Assembly (NCBI RefSeq): GCF_039654945.1
Contig: NW_027361838.1
Coordinates: 24,056,001-24,120,000 of the forward strand
Length of the DNA stretch: 64,000 nt
Reading direction: 5' to 3'
Source of the DNA: Dendrobates tinctorius
Lineage: Eukaryota
In this document: positions 12,057 through 27,264 of the stretch, in pieces
Layout: each line of letters starts with the position of its first letter
Numbering within the stretch: the stretch's first letter is position 1
The notes under the pieces: generated by a model
The model's input: the letters and a program-made list of their open reading frames with translations, nothing else
Databases searched by the model: none
What the model was told of the DNA's origin: nothing
Position numbers and translations under genes: made by a program

Positions 12057-13957
12057 CTGGAGCATTACATTTATTTGTTCCATTAAACTCTCAAAATGGC
12101 CAGAAAAAAAAGAACTTTCATGTGAAACTCGACAGTCTATTCTTGTTCTTAGAAATGAAGGCTAATCCATGCGAGAAATTGCCAAGAAACTGAAGATTTC
12201 CTACAACGGTGTGTGCTACTCCCTTCAGAGGAGAGCAAAAACAGGCTCTAACCAGAGCAGAAAGAGAAGTGGGAGGCCCCGCTGCACAACTGAGCAACAA
12301 GACAAGTACATTAGAGTCTGTAGTTTGAGAAATCAACGCCTCACAGGTCCTCAACTGGCAGCTTCATTAAATAGAACATGCAAAATGGCAGTGTCAACGT
12401 CTACAGTGAAGAGGCGATTCCAGGATGCTGGCCTTCAGGGCAGAGTGGCAAAGAAAAAGCTATATCTGAGACAGGGCTGTGGAGTCGGAGTCGTGGAGTC
12501 GGAGTCGGTGCTCATTTTGGTGGAGTCGGAGTTGGAGTCGGTATAAAATGGACCGACTCCGACTCCTAAAATATATAATAAATTGGGTACAGTAATTCAA
12601 TGCAGGATGTGCTGAATATTTTTTCATAGGAGTTTGGGAAAGTTATGAAATGTCCTATAAATGGCTGTTATATTCCTGATCTAAGGCTACATTCACACAC
12701 AGCGTTTTTCCTGTGTTTTTTGAGGATACGTTTTTCAGCTGCAAAAGCTGATCATCTTTTTAAAAAACTGCATCACCTGAAAGGTTTTTGAGCTCATAGA
12801 TAATGTTTTCAATAGCAAAAGCAGATTAGAAATCTGCTCTATCTATCCATTTATCCATATCTGTCTATCCATATTGTATCTGTACCAAAAAGAATGAAAA
12901 CCGGGTAGTACACCAATATATATTCTGTTCTATCTAAATATCTTGATTATTGGATCATAAAAATGATTAAATGACTGAGGTTCACATTGTACTACAATAA
13001 ATTTTTCACTTAAATATAAGCAATATGTGTGGGAGTCGGAGTCGTGGAGTCGGAGTCTGAGTTGGAGTCGGAGTCGGTGTAAGGGAAATTGAGGAGTCGG
13101 AGTCACAGGTTTGGCTTACCGACTCCACAGCCCTGATCTGAGACTGGCTAATAAAAGGAAGAGGTTAATATAAGCAAAAGAACACACATTGGACAGAGAA
13201 AGATTGGAAAAAAGTGTTATGGACAGACGAATCCAAGTGTGAGGTGTTTTGATCACACCGAAGAACATTTGTAAGACGCAGAACAACTGAAAAGATGCTG
13301 GAAGAGTGACTGACGCCATCTGTCAAGCATGGTGGAGGTAATGTGATGGTCTGGGGTTGCTTTGGTGCTGGTAAAGTGGGAGATTTGTACAAGGTAAAAG
13401 ATTTTGAATAAGTAAGGCTATCACTCCATTTTTCAATGCCAAACACTGTGGACAGCACTTGATTGGAGCTAATTTCATCCTACAACAGGACAATGACCCA
13501 AAGCACACCTCCAAATTATGCAAGAACTATTTAGGGAAGAAGCAGGCAGCTGGTATTCTATCTGTAATGGAGTGGCCAGTGCAGTCACCAGATCTCAACC
13601 CCATTGAGCTGTTGTTGGAGCAGCTTGACCGTATGGTACGCAAAAAGTGCCCATCAAGCCAAACCAACTTGTGGGAGGGTCTTCTGGAAGCATGGGGTGA
13701 AATTTCTCCAGATTACCCCAGCAAATTAACTGCTAGAATGCCAAAGGTCTGCAATGCTGGAATTGCTGCAAAGGGAGCATTCTTTGACAAAGCAAAGTTT
13801 GAAGGAGAAAATTATTTAAAATTTTTTTTTTTTTTGAACCTTGTCAATGTCTCAACTAGATTTTAAATTCATTTTGCAACTCATTTGATTAAGTATGAGT
13901 TTTCATGGAAAACACAAAATTGGGTCTCGGTGACAACCAAACTTTTAAACGGTAGTG
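12057..13957 (+). mobile_element. Tc1-like transposon, left TIR lost, transposase disrupted and interrupted by a hAT MITE
   Basis: MREIAKKLKISYNGVCYSL..RSGRPR, WTDESK, QQDNDPKH and SPDLNPIE motifs; right TIR ...CCAAACTTTTAAACGGTAGTG. Confidence 0.9.
12472..13135 (+). mobile_element. hAT MITE copy 1
   Basis: TIR CAGGGCTGTGGAGTCGG, perfect 8-bp TSD ATCTGAGA (12464-12471 and 13136-13143), subterminal GGAGTC repeats. Confidence 0.95.
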
Positions 13958-13997
13958 TGTAGTAAAAAAAAAAAAAATGTGTGCATAGATAGATATA

Positions 13998-15622
13998 CAG
14001 CTGTGGCCAAAAGTATTGACACCCCTGCAATTCTGTCAGATAATACTCAGTTTCTTCCTGAAAATGATTGCGCAAACAAATTCTTTGGTATTATTATCTT
14101 CATTTAATTTGTCTTAAATGAAAAAACACAAAAAGAATTGTCCTAAAGCCAAATTGGATATAATTCCACACCAAACATAAAAAAGAGGGTGGACACAAAA
14201 GTATTGGCACTGTTCGAAAAATCATCTGATGCTTCTCTAATTTGTGTAATTAACAGCACCTGTAACTTACCTGTGGCACCTAACAGGTGTTGGCAACAAC
14301 TAAATCACACTTGCAGCCAGTTGACATGGATTAAAGTTGACTCAACCTCTGTCCTGTGTCCTTGTGTGTACCACATTGAGCATGGAGAAAAGAAAGAAGA
14401 CCAAAGAACTGTCTGAGGACTTGAGAAACCAAATTGTGAGGAAGCATGAGCAATCTCAAGGCTACAAGTCCATCTCCAAAGACCTGAATGTTCCTGTGTC
14501 TACCGTGCGCAGTGTCATGAAGAAGTTTAAAGCCCATGGCACTGTGGCTAACCTCCCTAGATGTGGACGGAAAAGAAAAATTGACAAGAGATTTCAACAG
14601 AAGATTGTGCGGATGTTGGATAAAGAACCTCGACTAACATCCAAACAAGTTCAAGCTGCCCTGCAGTCCGAGGGTACAACAGTGTCAACCCGTACTATCC
14701 GTCGGCGTCTGAATGAAAAGGGATTGTATGGTAGGAGACCCAGGAAGACCCCACTTCTTACCCCGAGACACAAAAAAGACAGGCTGGAGTTTGCCAAAAC
14801 TTACCTGAAAAAGCCTAAAACGTTTTGGAAGAATGTTCTCTGGTCAGATGAGACAAAAGTAGAGCTTTTTGGGCAAAGGCATCAACATAGAGTTTACAGG
14901 AGAAAAAAAGAGGCATTCAAAGAAAAGAACACGGTCCCTACAGTCAAACATGGCGGAGGTTCCCTGCTGTTTTGAGGTTGCTTTGCTGCCTCTGGCACTG
15001 GACTGCTTGACCGTGTGCATGGCATTATGAAGTCAGAAGACTACCAACAAATTTTGCAGCATAATGTAGGGCCCAGTGTGAGAAAGCTGGGTCTACCTCA
15101 GAGGTCATGGGTCTTCCAGCAGGACAATGACCCAGAACACACTTCAAAAAGCACTAGAAAATGGTTTGAGAGAAAGCACTGGAGACTTCTAAGGTGGCCA
15201 GCAATGAGTCCAGACCTGAATCCCATAGAACACCTGTGGAGAGATCTAAAAATGGCAGTTTGGAGAAGGCACCCTTCTAATATCAGGGACCTGGAGTAGT
15301 TTGCCAAAGAAGAATGGTCTAAAATTCCAGCAGAGCATTGTAAGAAACTCATTGATGGTTACCGGAAGCGGTTGGTCGCAGTTATTTTGGCTAAAGGTTG
15401 TGCAACCAAGTATTAGGCTGAGGGTGCCAATACTTTTGTCTGGCCCATTTTTGGAGTTTTGTGTGAAATGATCAATGTTTTGCTTCATTCTCTCTTGTGT
15501 TTTTTCATTTAAGACAAATTAAATGAAGATAATACCAAAGAATTTGTGTTAATACTCAGTTTCTTCCTGAAAATGATTGCAATCTGACAGAAGTGCAGGG
15601 GTGTCAATAGTTTTGTCCACAA

Positions 15623-15625
<3 letters not shown>
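13998..15625 (+). mobile_element. Tc1 (DD34E) transposon, near full length
   Basis: TA-CAGCTGTGGCCAAAAGTATTGACACCCC left TIR, long matching right TIR with a decayed tip, central transposase. Confidence 0.95.
14382..15416 (+). pseudogene. Tc1 transposase, 344 codons, two in-frame stops, no frameshift
   Basis: MEKRKKTKELSEDLRNQIV...WSDETK...FQQDNDPEH...SPDLNPIE...ATKY*, with D-34-E spacing; TGA at 14973 and TAG at 15297. Confidence 0.93.

Positions 15626-15627
<2 letters not shown>

Positions 15628-15673
<46 letters not shown>
15628..15673. repeat. (TA)n microsatellite at the Tc1 end
   Basis: Direct reading. Confidence 0.95.
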
Positions 15674-15677
<4 letters not shown>

Positions 15678-16244
15678 AGTGCTATTTTACACAATATTGC
15701 ATAATTAGAACACAATACTTCTCAATCACACAATGTAGAACTGCATTACACCAAAAAATACACATCATGATATAATATATATGATGTGGGTATGTATTTT
15801 AGTGTAATACAGTTCTACATTGTGTAATTTTGAGAAGTATTGTCTTCTAATTCTGCGATACTGTGTAAAATAGCAGTAAAGGTAATAGATGAAGAACTCT
15901 GAAGGAAACCTTTCCGTTTTCATTTACTTTCACTTTTAGGACGTGCTGAAAGAAGTTTTCCTCTGAAAGTATCACAGCTTTGTATTGTAAGTGTCTGGCA
16001 TTGTGATTGGGTGTTACAGAAAGTCGAGGTGGCACAGGAGTGTTCCAACGTGCAGCTCAGTTCTGGCTACCTCCCCTGCTTTTCCCTCTTACCTGACATG
16101 AACCTTTCTGTTGTGCTGGTGCAGGTTCTCCAATTATAAACCCGTCTGACAAATGTTGTGTTGTCTGTTTTCCTCCCTTTTTTTGCAATGCCCCCCCCAC
16201 CAAAAAAAAAAAAAAAAAAAAAAAAATGTTGTACCAACAAGTAA

Positions 16245-16728
16245 GGCCTCTTTCACACTTCAGTTTTTTGCATCAGTTATAATCCGCCAAAAAGGCAGAC
16301 AAGCGGATCCGTTCTAAACTGATGTGAACGGATGGCACAGGATCCGTTTTCAGACGGATCCTGAAAATGAAGAAATTTAAAGGAATCGCTGGCCGGGGGG
16401 GGGGGGGGGAGAGGAGAGAGAGAGTGAGAGTTTTTTTTTTTTTTGTCCGGCACCCAGAAAGAAATTCGGGTTAAATCAGTGTTTGCAGGATCCGCCAGAG
16501 AAAAAAACGTTACAAGCTCCGTTTTGAAATTTTTGAGGATGGTGACGGACAGCAACTTTTGGCGGATCCTCACAAAAAACGGATGTAACGGACAGCAATC
16601 CGTCACAATCCGCCATTAATGCAAGTCAATGGGAAAAAAACGGATCCTCACAAAAATTGAGGATCCGTTTTTTTTCAAAACCTGGCGGATTGTGACTGAT
16701 TGTAAAAAACGGAAGTGTGAAAGAGGCC
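16245..16728. mobile_element. Harbinger-like MITE
   Basis: Perfect TIR GGCCTCTTTCACACTT / AAGTGTGAAAGAGGCC, TAA TSD, internal CGGATCCG repeats. Confidence 0.85.
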
Positions 16729-17486
16729 TAACAAGATCACTTGATTTTGGTAGGATGTTATAGACCTTGGGTCAGTCTTATTTTTTTTTTATGCTTTGTG
16801 TAGTTGATTTCCTTCCCGTTTGTTTTTTGGTTATTTTAATTTCTGTTGAATGCTTTTATTCCCAGAAATGGGAAAACACTAGTCAACTATAAGGACAATT
16901 CTATAGATAGATACATATTTAATTCATGTGTAGCAAAAATCTAACTTGCTACTACAAAAATCTAAGTTTGCACGTTTGAGTACTGAAACCTCGCAGAAAT
17001 AAAAACATCTACATCATGTGCAAACTATTAGACTTGCACAAAACAAACTGCTAATCTCTGTAAGCATGACCAGCAGCCAAAAATAACCCTGCTGATTTCA
17101 CGGTCTTCCTCCTCAGTGCCCCGATTCTGCAGATTAGTGTATTATGTACGTACAACTCTGAATACATTGTAAACAAGGCGAACTTCAGCCTCAATGGACA
17201 AAGCACAGACTTGCATTCCACCCATGGGTTTAAATATGTTCTGCAAATCAGAAAGAAGTCTACATCCTAGAGTAATCACGATAGGACATAAATTATCATT
17301 TGTTTATTCTACCACATTAGCGTGTAATAATATAATTTATTAAATTCCATAGTTTCCTGTATGTCAGTACATTTCAATAAGTAACATAATTGTGCAGTTG
17401 GATCACTATAGCAGGCATTAATAAGATTAGAGTCTACTTTACTATGTATTTATAAACCATAACCCGCAGTAGAGTTCTGTTTGTAA

Positions 17487-17523
<37 letters not shown>

Positions 17524-18126
17524 AATATTATGTTGGGGGAAAAAAAAACCATACATGATGACAAAACCATGTGACAAGGTTTGGGGCGTCATTTATAAAA
17601 TGGTAGGAGCATGACTTTAGGGACAAAGATCATGGCAACGTTGCTGTTTCTCCTTATTGGGGAAGGGAGACCTATAGGCCAGACAGAAGTAAGACCTTTT
17701 TATTTTTTTCCCCTCTGCTTTAAAACTCATTAGCAAATTAACAATAAGGGTAAAGAATTAGACACATCACCTGTGCTCATGTGTCAGACCGGGACTTCTC
17801 CTACACGCTGAGCCCAGTATCCCACCTAGTTGCCACTTATCTTTCTAGCCTAATGGCCCATTCAGACAGGCCAGTTTTGGATGTGAAACGACCATTGGCT
17901 GGTTTTAAACAAGCCAATTATCAATTACTAGCCTGTTTACATAGGCAGCCAAAGCTGTGATGAAGATGGTACGACGGTAATTCTATCAGTGAAACCCCCC
18001 CGCTTACAGTATCATGTTATCGGCAGCACATCACCTGTTTACATCAGCAGTGTGCTGCCGATAATGATTTTTATTTTGGGTAATATAATAGAATTGCTTA
18101 ATATTCGGTAATTTACCAGCTTATAT

Positions 18127-18378
18127 AGCACGGTGGCTCAGTGGTTAGCACTGCAGCCTTGCAGGGCTGGGATCCTGGGTTCAAATCCCACCAAGGAGTT
18201 TGTATATTTTCTCCCTATGTTTGTGTGGGTTTCCTCCGGGTTCTCCGGTTTCCTCCCACACTTCAAAGACATACTGATAGGGAATCTAGATTGTGAGCCT
18301 CATCGGGGAAAGTGATGATAATGTCTGTAAAGAGCTGTGGAATTAATGGTGCTATATATATTAGTAAAATAAATAAAT
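18127..18378 (+). mobile_element. tRNA-derived V-SINE
   Basis: A box TGGCTCAGTGG, B box GGTTCAAATCC, V-domain TGGGTTTCCTCCGGGTTCTCCGGTTTCCTCCCAC, L2-like tail ending in (AAAT)n. Confidence 0.88.
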
Positions 18379-19442
18379 TATATAGATGGGCCAATAATTA
18401 GGAAAGGGCACTTGAGCCTATTATTGGCTCATCTAAATAGGCCATTATTGTACAGGCTGACTAAATGGGCACAATTGTGAGGGTGTCTTGGATGATAACT
18501 GTTTGGCCATCATTTATCTAACGGGGTCTATGCCCACTTGTGGAAACTACTTGGTTTGGCTGACCTCTTATGTAAAAGAGTGCAAAAACTGACACGCTGG
18601 GTTAATCGAAGATACATATCGGCAGTTTCTGGTAGGTGCTCTCTAACCTGCCTGTTTGGCCAGGCATGTAAAAGGTCTTCCTACATCAACAAAAAATTTC
18701 CTAAAAGCATAAATGCCATAAAATATTTAAATAACCATTACTTAATTGATTAATGTTCTGACGCTGCAGCCTTACTGCTCCTGTGGTCCCCGACAATCTC
18801 AGTCTACTTCTCTGCAGCTTTCTTGTGATATATAGTCATGTGACCGCTGCAGCCAATCACTGATTTCAGTGTCACATATAATACTGCAGGTGAGTGAACA
18901 GACATGTTTGGTCATAGGTGAGTGCAGCATTCAATCAATAGAAATTCATGCAGTAAGTTTTGGTGATTGTGTTTTATGGCATTTACTTACTTTAGCAAAT
19001 TTTTTGTTGGTCCCAAAATCTCCTTTAACAGGGAAATTGGTCATCTCTATTGTCTACATTGTGATCTTTTCTCCAATGCTTATCCATCTACATGTGGTTT
19101 ACATCAGTGTATGGTATATTGCCCCTTTCAGCTTTTTATCCTTAAGACTCTGAATTATATTGGCCCATGTGATTGAAGAATGTGTGTTCATTTCAAAACC
19201 CTTTGACTTGCCCATATACTGTATGAGATATAGTAGCCAGACATAGAGGCTATAAGGTTGCCTAGTACGGCCTCCATTCACACTGGGTTTTTTTTTTGGT
19301 GATTTTTAGCCCTTTCCCTCCACCTTTATCATAAGGGAGTTCAGGATGTATTTTAGGAAGTTGCATACTGTTTTTATGCATATCATGCTAATTATAGATT
19401 GTGGGGTTTCAGTATATAACAGCTGTGACTTTTTGTTTCTAG

Positions 19443-19540
19443 GAATTTTTTGAACACGCACAAAAACTTTGGGATGACGACGGTGTGAAGGCATGCTTCG
19501 AGAGGTCAAATGAATACCAACTCATTGACTGTGCACAATA
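19443..19540 (+). CDS. gnal: G protein G(olf) alpha subunit, internal coding exon (98 nt; equivalent to human GNAL exon 5 / GNAS exon 6)
   Basis: Acceptor ttttgtttctAG, donor GTAAGT at 19541. Translates [32 protein letters not shown](Y). [17 protein letters not shown] matches Golf rather than Gs (ALWEDEGVRACYERSNEY). Ends in phase 2 (TA). Confidence 0.95.
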
Positions 19541-20101
19541 GTAAGTGCGTTTTTATTTTGGCAATATTCTCATCAGAGATTTAAAAAAAAAAAAAACAGA
19601 CCACAAAAGAACTGTTTTTGGGAAGGAACAACTAACTTTTTTTTAAAACTTATAAACCCATTTAAGAAAATGTGTCATCGGAAACTGGTGAATTATTTAA
19701 ATCAAGTGTTAGTTTAACCATATTTTAAAGCATTTCTGGTGTCTTTATTTATTTTGCAGATCCCTATATATTAAAACTAGGATTCTAAAATCTTACATTT
19801 TTTACTGTCTCCTGAGCCTAATAATAAGGGGCTCTTCCTATTCAAAAGAGATACCCTTCCATCAATCATCTCATTCTCATGACAGTTAGGATGATAATGA
19901 ATGGTATCGCCTATCCTTAGGTAACCCAGGATTCACAATTTACATTAGGTGATGGTTACAGCTCACCCCCACCCACTCCCTGCACAGTGACATCTATACA
20001 GTTCACAGAGCATGTTGAAAACTTCTTCAAAGAAGTTGATGAAATCATCTCCAATCTATTGTAATTATGGGCTGTGGTACTGCTGTAAAGCTAATCTTTA
20101 A

Positions 20102-22366
<2,265 letters not shown>

Positions 22367-22471
22367 TTCAATGCTGTCAGCCTCTTAGGCAAGATTACTA
22401 ATGCTACATGAGGTGTTGTGGTGGTTTGTTTTTTTTTTTCTCTCTTTCATGATCAGAAAATAAGATTAAAC

Positions 22472-22505
<34 letters not shown>

Positions 22506-22629
22506 AATGCTTGTCTATCTAGTTTATATAGCAAATTATAATGGAAGTTATACATTTCTATTAAACGGTGTATAAAATGAAACGTTTTGAGGTGCCTATA
22601 TTAATTGAAGTACGGTAGTTGAAAAATAA

Positions 22630-23050
22630 AGTGAATCTATCAGCAGGTTTTTGGTATGTAATCGGACAGCAGCATCATTTAGGAACTGCAACCTAGATTA
22701 CAGCAATTTATCATTTAGTTTACTGAGTGCAGCAATTTTTAAAGAATCACATTTGTCTCTGCGGCATATCTTGCCCTTTGTCGAGCTTTTTATAACACCA
22801 CCCACACCACTTATTAGCTTCTTTCTGTCAACCTACACTGTACACACAAACTGCCAATCGGTAGTGGGGGTGGATTTAGACTAGGAGGTACAAGACAACT
22901 TGTCGTCTAATAATCTCTTGTTGATAAAACTGATTTTATTAAACCCGCGAAACACAGCTCAATAAGTGACACATCGCTGTAATCAGGGTCTCTGCTTCTA
23001 CATTATGGAGCGCTGAGATTACATGGCAGAAATCTGCTGACAGATACCCT
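22630..23050. mobile_element. Kolobok/T2-like MITE
   Basis: AGTGAATCTATCAGCAG / CTGCTGACAGATACCCT-TTAA termini. Confidence 0.6.
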
Positions 23051-23734
23051 TTAATGATAATGCAGATGAGATGCCAAAAATATTCTCCCTACTAAAATGT
23101 GTATTTCTAAGAGGTGTATTACTGTTTATATGTAAATATTCCCAATGTGCTTCAAGTAAGGCACATCATCTGCATAGTACCTTTTAAAATACTCTGTTAA
23201 AACCTCTCTAAACACTATAAAGATAATTTACTTTTCGTGTGATTATGCCAAACCTTCAAAGGCCGCTGGCTCGTCTGGTATGAAGGCCATTGAAATAGTT
23301 AAAGAGGTTTGAATTCTCATTGAGTCTGCCCATTAAAAGCTTGACATGTGTTGAACTTCTCTAGGGCAGGTTATGGGAACTTCATTCTTGTGGGAACATA
23401 AGCTTTTAGACTTTTCAGTTATCAGACTTCATCATGTAAAAGTTTGATTTCTATCTTCAGTTGGGTGAATGAAGTAAAATATTGTTCTTGGCTTTTGAAC
23501 AGAAGACAGAGTGTAGAAAATACATCTGAAAACACAGGTGTAGGGTTCTTGCTGATCCGTCCCTTTATAAAGCGTTACTTATCACACAGTGCAGCTTTTT
23601 CCTGCCATGTTCTGCATGCTCTGTAAAACGATACGAAACAATGAGATTTGTATATGGCGATCAGTACAACAGCATGGATACTGAAACAGATAAGAAGATG
23701 AAATTTGCCTAAGATGACACATCAACATATGATT

Positions 23735-23766
<32 letters not shown>

Positions 23767-24302
23767 CTGTAGTTTTTCTCTTGATTTTGCATGTGTTTAA
23801 CCTGAAGTTTTATGCATTGTGGACATGATTTTGGTTGTCAAGAGCCTAAAAGCAAGCTTTCTCCATCATAAAGATGCAATGTATTGTATAGGCGCTAAAG
23901 TTTATTTTGCCCACCTCAGTCCATGTAGTTAAATGGTGGTTAACCACACAGGAAATTGAGTGGTTCCTACTCTGCCTTGAAGTTTCATGTCCTGACAGCC
24001 TGCCAAGCACACTAAAAGATGTCTGCAATAAGTAATATCTGTAATGTATGCAATGTTAATTAAACCATGTATAGAGTTAGTATCGGTAAGTTAGACCCCA
24101 GCCATTACAAGCTAGCAGTTGATCAAGGACTGGTATCGAGTAGATAACAAGGTCTGCTTTAATGGCGTGGACTGAAGTGTCTGCAGATTTGTAGGAATCG
24201 TTCCAAAGTTAATTCTGCAGCATACATGCTTTGCAGCTACATATCCCCCCTCTGCCAAGTCTGCAACACACAGGTACTGCCTTCTGATGTAGCACCCCAT
24301 TA

Positions 24303-24680
24303 GGGTACGTGCACACGCTGCGGAATCCGCTGCGGATTAATCCGCACGGATTTTGCAAAAACCGCAGATAATCCGCAGGTCCAAAGACCTGCGGATTATC
24401 TGCGGTTTTGCCTGCGGTTTGGTCCTGCGGATTCACTATCTCCACAATGGTGGAGATAGGAACCCGCAGCGGTTTCCGCAGAAAGAATTGACATGCAATT
24501 CTTTCTGCGGATTCAAAACCGCAGCAAATCCGCGCGTTTTTTTCCGCAGCGTCGGCACAGCGTTTTTTTTTTCCCATTCAAATGAATGGTACTGTACACC
24601 GCAGCTAAAACTGCTGCGTGTCCGCAGCGGCCAAAACCGCTGCGGAAACGCAGCGGAATCCGCAGCGTGTGCACACAGCC
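24303..24680. mobile_element. Harbinger-like MITE
   Basis: GGGTACGTGCACACGCTGCGG / CCGCAGCGTGTGCACACAGCC, TTA TSD. Confidence 0.85.
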
Positions 24681-24983
24681 TTAGACTTGATGGTGGCATA
24701 GTGCTAGGATTTACAGTGATTAAGAATCTTTGTTGCCTGCCAAGCCTGTGAACAAGGAGCCCCTTAGGTAATGTCTTTGCACAGTACAAGTCAATCCACC
24801 TGTTGTGCAGGGACTTGGAACACCACTCCATTCCTGCTGGACTGCTTCCTACTTGCTTATGCAAGTAAATGGAGTATTTTATCATGTTTACATGCAGCAT
24901 AAAAAAATTCATTCAAGATGTTCATTATTTACACTGATCACACATGGGGGAAAAAAACAAACACATTAGCCCCATAGTCTTAA

Positions 24984-25769
24984 ACCCTTAACTACCGACA
25001 ATATACCTTTTAGCGGTGGCAGTTAAGGGTAATTATTCCTCCACCCCGCTTTTTAACGGCGCTGAGAAATGTGTGTAGCGCCCCCCAGTGTCGGAATTTC
25101 TCCGGGGTCTCTGGCACTGGGGGTTGCTGAGACCCCAGAGAACATGATTTTTTGTGAATAAAGTAAAATGTTCATTTCTTCCTTCCACATTGCTTTAGCT
25201 CTTGTGAAGCACCTGAATGGTTAATAAACTTTTTGAATGTGGTTTTGTGCACCTTGAGGGGTGCAGTTTTTAGAATGTCTACTTTTGGGTATTTCCTGTT
25301 ACATTGACCCCTAAACTCACTTCTAATGTGAGGAGGTCCCTAAAAAAATGGTTTTGTAAATTTTGTTGGAAAAATGAGAAATCGCTGGTCAACTTTTAAC
25401 CCTTAATAACTTCCTAACAAAAAAAATTGTTTCCAAAATTGTGCTGATGTAAAGTAGACATGTGGGAAATGTTATTTATTAATTATTTTGTGTGACGTAA
25501 CTCTCTGATTTAAGTGTACACAAATTAAAAGTTTGAAAATTTTAAACATTTTCGTCATATTTCCGTTTTTTTTTTTTTCATAAATAAACAAGTTATATCG
25601 AATAAATTTTACCACTATCATGAAGTACAATATGTCACGAAAAAACAATCTCCGAATCAGCAGCATCCGTTGAAGCGTTCCAGAGCTATAACCTCATAAA
25701 GTGACACTGGTCAGAATTATAAAAATTGGCCTGGTCATTAAGTACCAAATTGGCTCAGTCACGAAGGGG
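24984..25769 (+). mobile_element. piggyBac-type non-autonomous element, internally deleted relative of 55806-57738
   Basis: TTAA-ACCCTTAAC... / ...AAGGGG-TTAC; both ends are homologous to those of 55806-57738. Confidence 0.75.
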
Positions 25770-25814
25770 TTACTCTACATGCAGATCTGCATTGACATCC
25801 ATTGCAGAAATTTA

Positions 25815-26761
25815 CCGTATATACTCATGTATAAGCCGAGATTTTCAGCCCATTTCTACCCCCCCTCGGCTTATACGCAAGTCATATACCGGGAGGGGGA
25901 GCGGGGGTGTCAGAGACCATACTCACCCCCTCCTGGCACATCTCTGCAGCCCCTGCTTCTCCCTCAGTCTGCTTCCTGCGGTCACGTGGTACCGCTCATT
26001 AAACTCATGAATATGTGCATATTTATTAGTTTAATGAGCGGTACCACGTGACAGCTGAACGCAGGAAGCAGACGACCGACGGAAAAGCAGGGGCTGCAAA
26101 GAAGACCGGAAGGGGTGAGTATGACGGGGGCAGAGCATTATTCACCTGTCCCCATTCCATCGCCGTGCACCGCTTTGTCTCCCGGGTCCTCCTGCTGTGA
26201 CATTCAGGTCAGAGGGCACGATGAATGTCACTGCAGAGACCCCGGAGACACAGCGATGGAACGGGGACCGGTAAATATTGCCGAGGGCTCAGGACACTGG
26301 CACTTGGCCCTCCAGCTACGGAGAGGCGAGTATGTTGTTGTGGTTTTTTTTTGTTTTGTTTTTGTTTTTTTTTTGTTTTTTTTTGTTTTTTTAATTGCAG
26401 CAGCAGCAGCAAATAAGGGGTATTTATGGAGCATCTTATGGAGCAGCATTAACCCTTGTGGAGCATCTTATGGGGCAGCATTAACCCTTGTGCAGCAGCA
26501 TATGGGGGGTATTTATGGAGCATCTTATCGAGCAGCATTAACCCTTGTGCAGCAGCATATGGGGGGTATTTATGGAGCATCTTACGGGGCAGCATTAACC
26601 CTTGTGCAGCAGCAGATGGGGGGTTTTTATCTATGGAGCATCTTCTTGGACCACCATTAACCCTACGCTTATACGCGAGTCAATAAGTTTTCCCAGTGTT
26701 TTGTGGCAAAATTAGAGGGGTCGGCTTATACACGGGTCGGCTTATACACGAGTATATACGG
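25815..26761. mobile_element. Tc1/mariner-superfamily (Tc2/pogo-like) non-autonomous element with an internal 57-bp minisatellite
   Basis: TIR CCGTATATACTC(A/G)TGTATAAGCCGA, TA TSD, tandem units at about 26417-26665. Confidence 0.85.
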
Positions 26762-27264
26762 TAACTTTCATCCTCAGGTATTTGTCTGCGATTCTTTGAA
26801 AATTACAGATTAGATTAGCCACAGACCAGTCAGGCACTTGCGTACATGGCCCAGAATATATTTTCGTACTATTTTGTATGGATTGCTTACTATATGTTAA
26901 TACTGTATTTCTCTGGTTACATTAACGGGTGCCACACCTCTGCAAACAGCAGAAAGGACATTTTTCTGTTACCAAAAGTCTCATCATTTGTTTGTTTTTA
27001 TTGAGTCTTTCTAAATGTTCCTGGCTTTCAGCGGCATGGAGTGTGTTATTGATGGCATTATAGCTTGCTTTTAACAGCTCTTGCGGGTTCTTCTAATGTA
27101 ATGTTAATTATTATTTATTTTCATTCTGAAACCTCTTCCTGTCCATAGACAAAAAGTCTACTGTACAAGCTTCAAAGATTAGTGTCAGAGCAAAGCATAT
27201 GATGGTATGGCTATTTCCTAATCTTAGAATTTCTTTGGAAACCTTGTCTGCCTTTTTAATGAAT

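Noticed and set aside
12472-12570. CRISPR-like or coding (ESESV) repeats
   Set aside because: These are GGAGTC subterminal repeats of a hAT MITE with no unique spacers, in a eukaryotic context.
18127-18195. tRNA genes here and at 59758-59815
   Set aside because: A and B boxes run directly into the V-SINE body; no complete cloverleaf.
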